Source: Felis catus (Eukaryota). From it: a stretch of 64,000 nucleotides of DNA. Positions 63,111 to 64,000 of this stretch are shown here, one piece after another. The stretch lies in assembly GCF_018350175.1 (NCBI RefSeq), contig NC_058368.1, positions 109,432,001-109,496,000 on the forward strand, in the 5' to 3' direction. A model generated the notes under the pieces. It was not told the origin of the DNA and did not search any database. It saw only the letters and a list, made by a program, of their open reading frames with translations. Numbering within the stretch: position 1 is the stretch's first letter; every line of letters starts with the position of its first letter. Position numbers and translations under genes: made by a program.

Positions 63111-64000
63111 CTGGGGAGCAAGGAATGGAGGAGATGTCGAAGTTTAGAAACAGGACTGTCCCTGGCTGCTGGCTAGGATGGGTGGGGCTTGGGCACCTCA
63201 GCCTCCACACAGAAGAGAGGGGCAGGCCTCCAGCTCCATACCTCGCTGTCCCCATCCCGAGGAGCCACCCCTTCTTGGTGGCCTCAAAAACGTGTGGAAG
63301 AAAAAGCCAAAAGGCTGACTTGGACATAAGCCATGGCTATGTGGGATGTGAGAAATGTTTCCTCAGGGTGTGGGGAAGAGGCAGAGCCAGGCAGCTGTGG
63401 GATCCACTGGACATTAGCCTCTGCTAGCCTCAATGGGACCCATCACCTGCTCTGCACACCATTGTTCCTGGGCTGGGGCTGGTCATGAGCCAGGGTCTAA
63501 AGCCATCAGTGGCCTCCTGTTCCAGCTAGCTTTATCCGGTTCAGGACAGGCTGCTTCCCGAGGGGCACCCACAGCCCAGCAGATGCCAGGGCTTAGGCAC
63601 CTGCGGAAGGTGTGGCAGAGCTCTTTGTACCGTTGGCCTTGAGACCCATGGAACCTCCCAGAGCCTCCCTGTTTGGGGCTGTATTTGTTCAGATGCGTGC
63701 CGGAGCTCTCGCATGGTATTATAATAGGACAGTCTTGTTTACCATAGTGTTCTTAATACACAGTAGGAACAAGAGTGAATGTTTTAAAAATAAACACACA
63801 ATCTAAATCTCTGTGATAAACACTCTCAGTTTACAAAGCACTTTCACAGCCCTGATCTTATTCACTCTTCGAGGCAACTGGAGTCAGGCCCCCAATATCT
63901 GTCCTTGACCCTGGCAGAGACACCAATCAGTGCCTCGCCATGACCCTCAAAGTGTCTCTCTGCCTAGGAGGTCCCTTGTAGCTCAACAAGTGGACAGGGC

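Overview
Mammalian genomic DNA from a cat-family carnivore, judged from the dense SINEC_Fc-type CAN-SINEs. It holds the KIF3A - CCNI2 - SEPT8 locus. KIF3A (kinesin-2 motor, minus strand) has coding exons 1-14 from ATG 40766 down to 518 and continues past the left edge; all junctions are in frame, including a 72-nt Ser-rich exon and a 9-nt microexon. CCNI2 (cyclin I2, plus strand, 46500-51485) has six recognisable exons and a TATA/CpG-island promoter, but carries an in-frame TAG in exon 1 and substitutions at conserved cyclin-box residues, so it may be a decaying gene. SEPT8 (septin 8, minus strand) enters from the right edge with seven internal exons (one GC donor) and four alternative terminal acceptors. 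The most distal terminal coding exon (50757-50592) lies entirely inside CCNI2 exon 5 on the opposite strand, giving an antisense dual-coding segment. KIF3A introns hold about 25 CAN-SINEs, a full-length Tigger1 with three nested SINEs, L1/L2/MIR relics, an LTR and a tailless U2 snRNA retrocopy. A ~340-nt pure pyrimidine tract lies between the SEPT8 poly(A) region and CCNI2. Exon coordinates were read from splice sites and reading frame; repeat boundaries are approximate; comparisons with human proteins are from memory and need an alignment.
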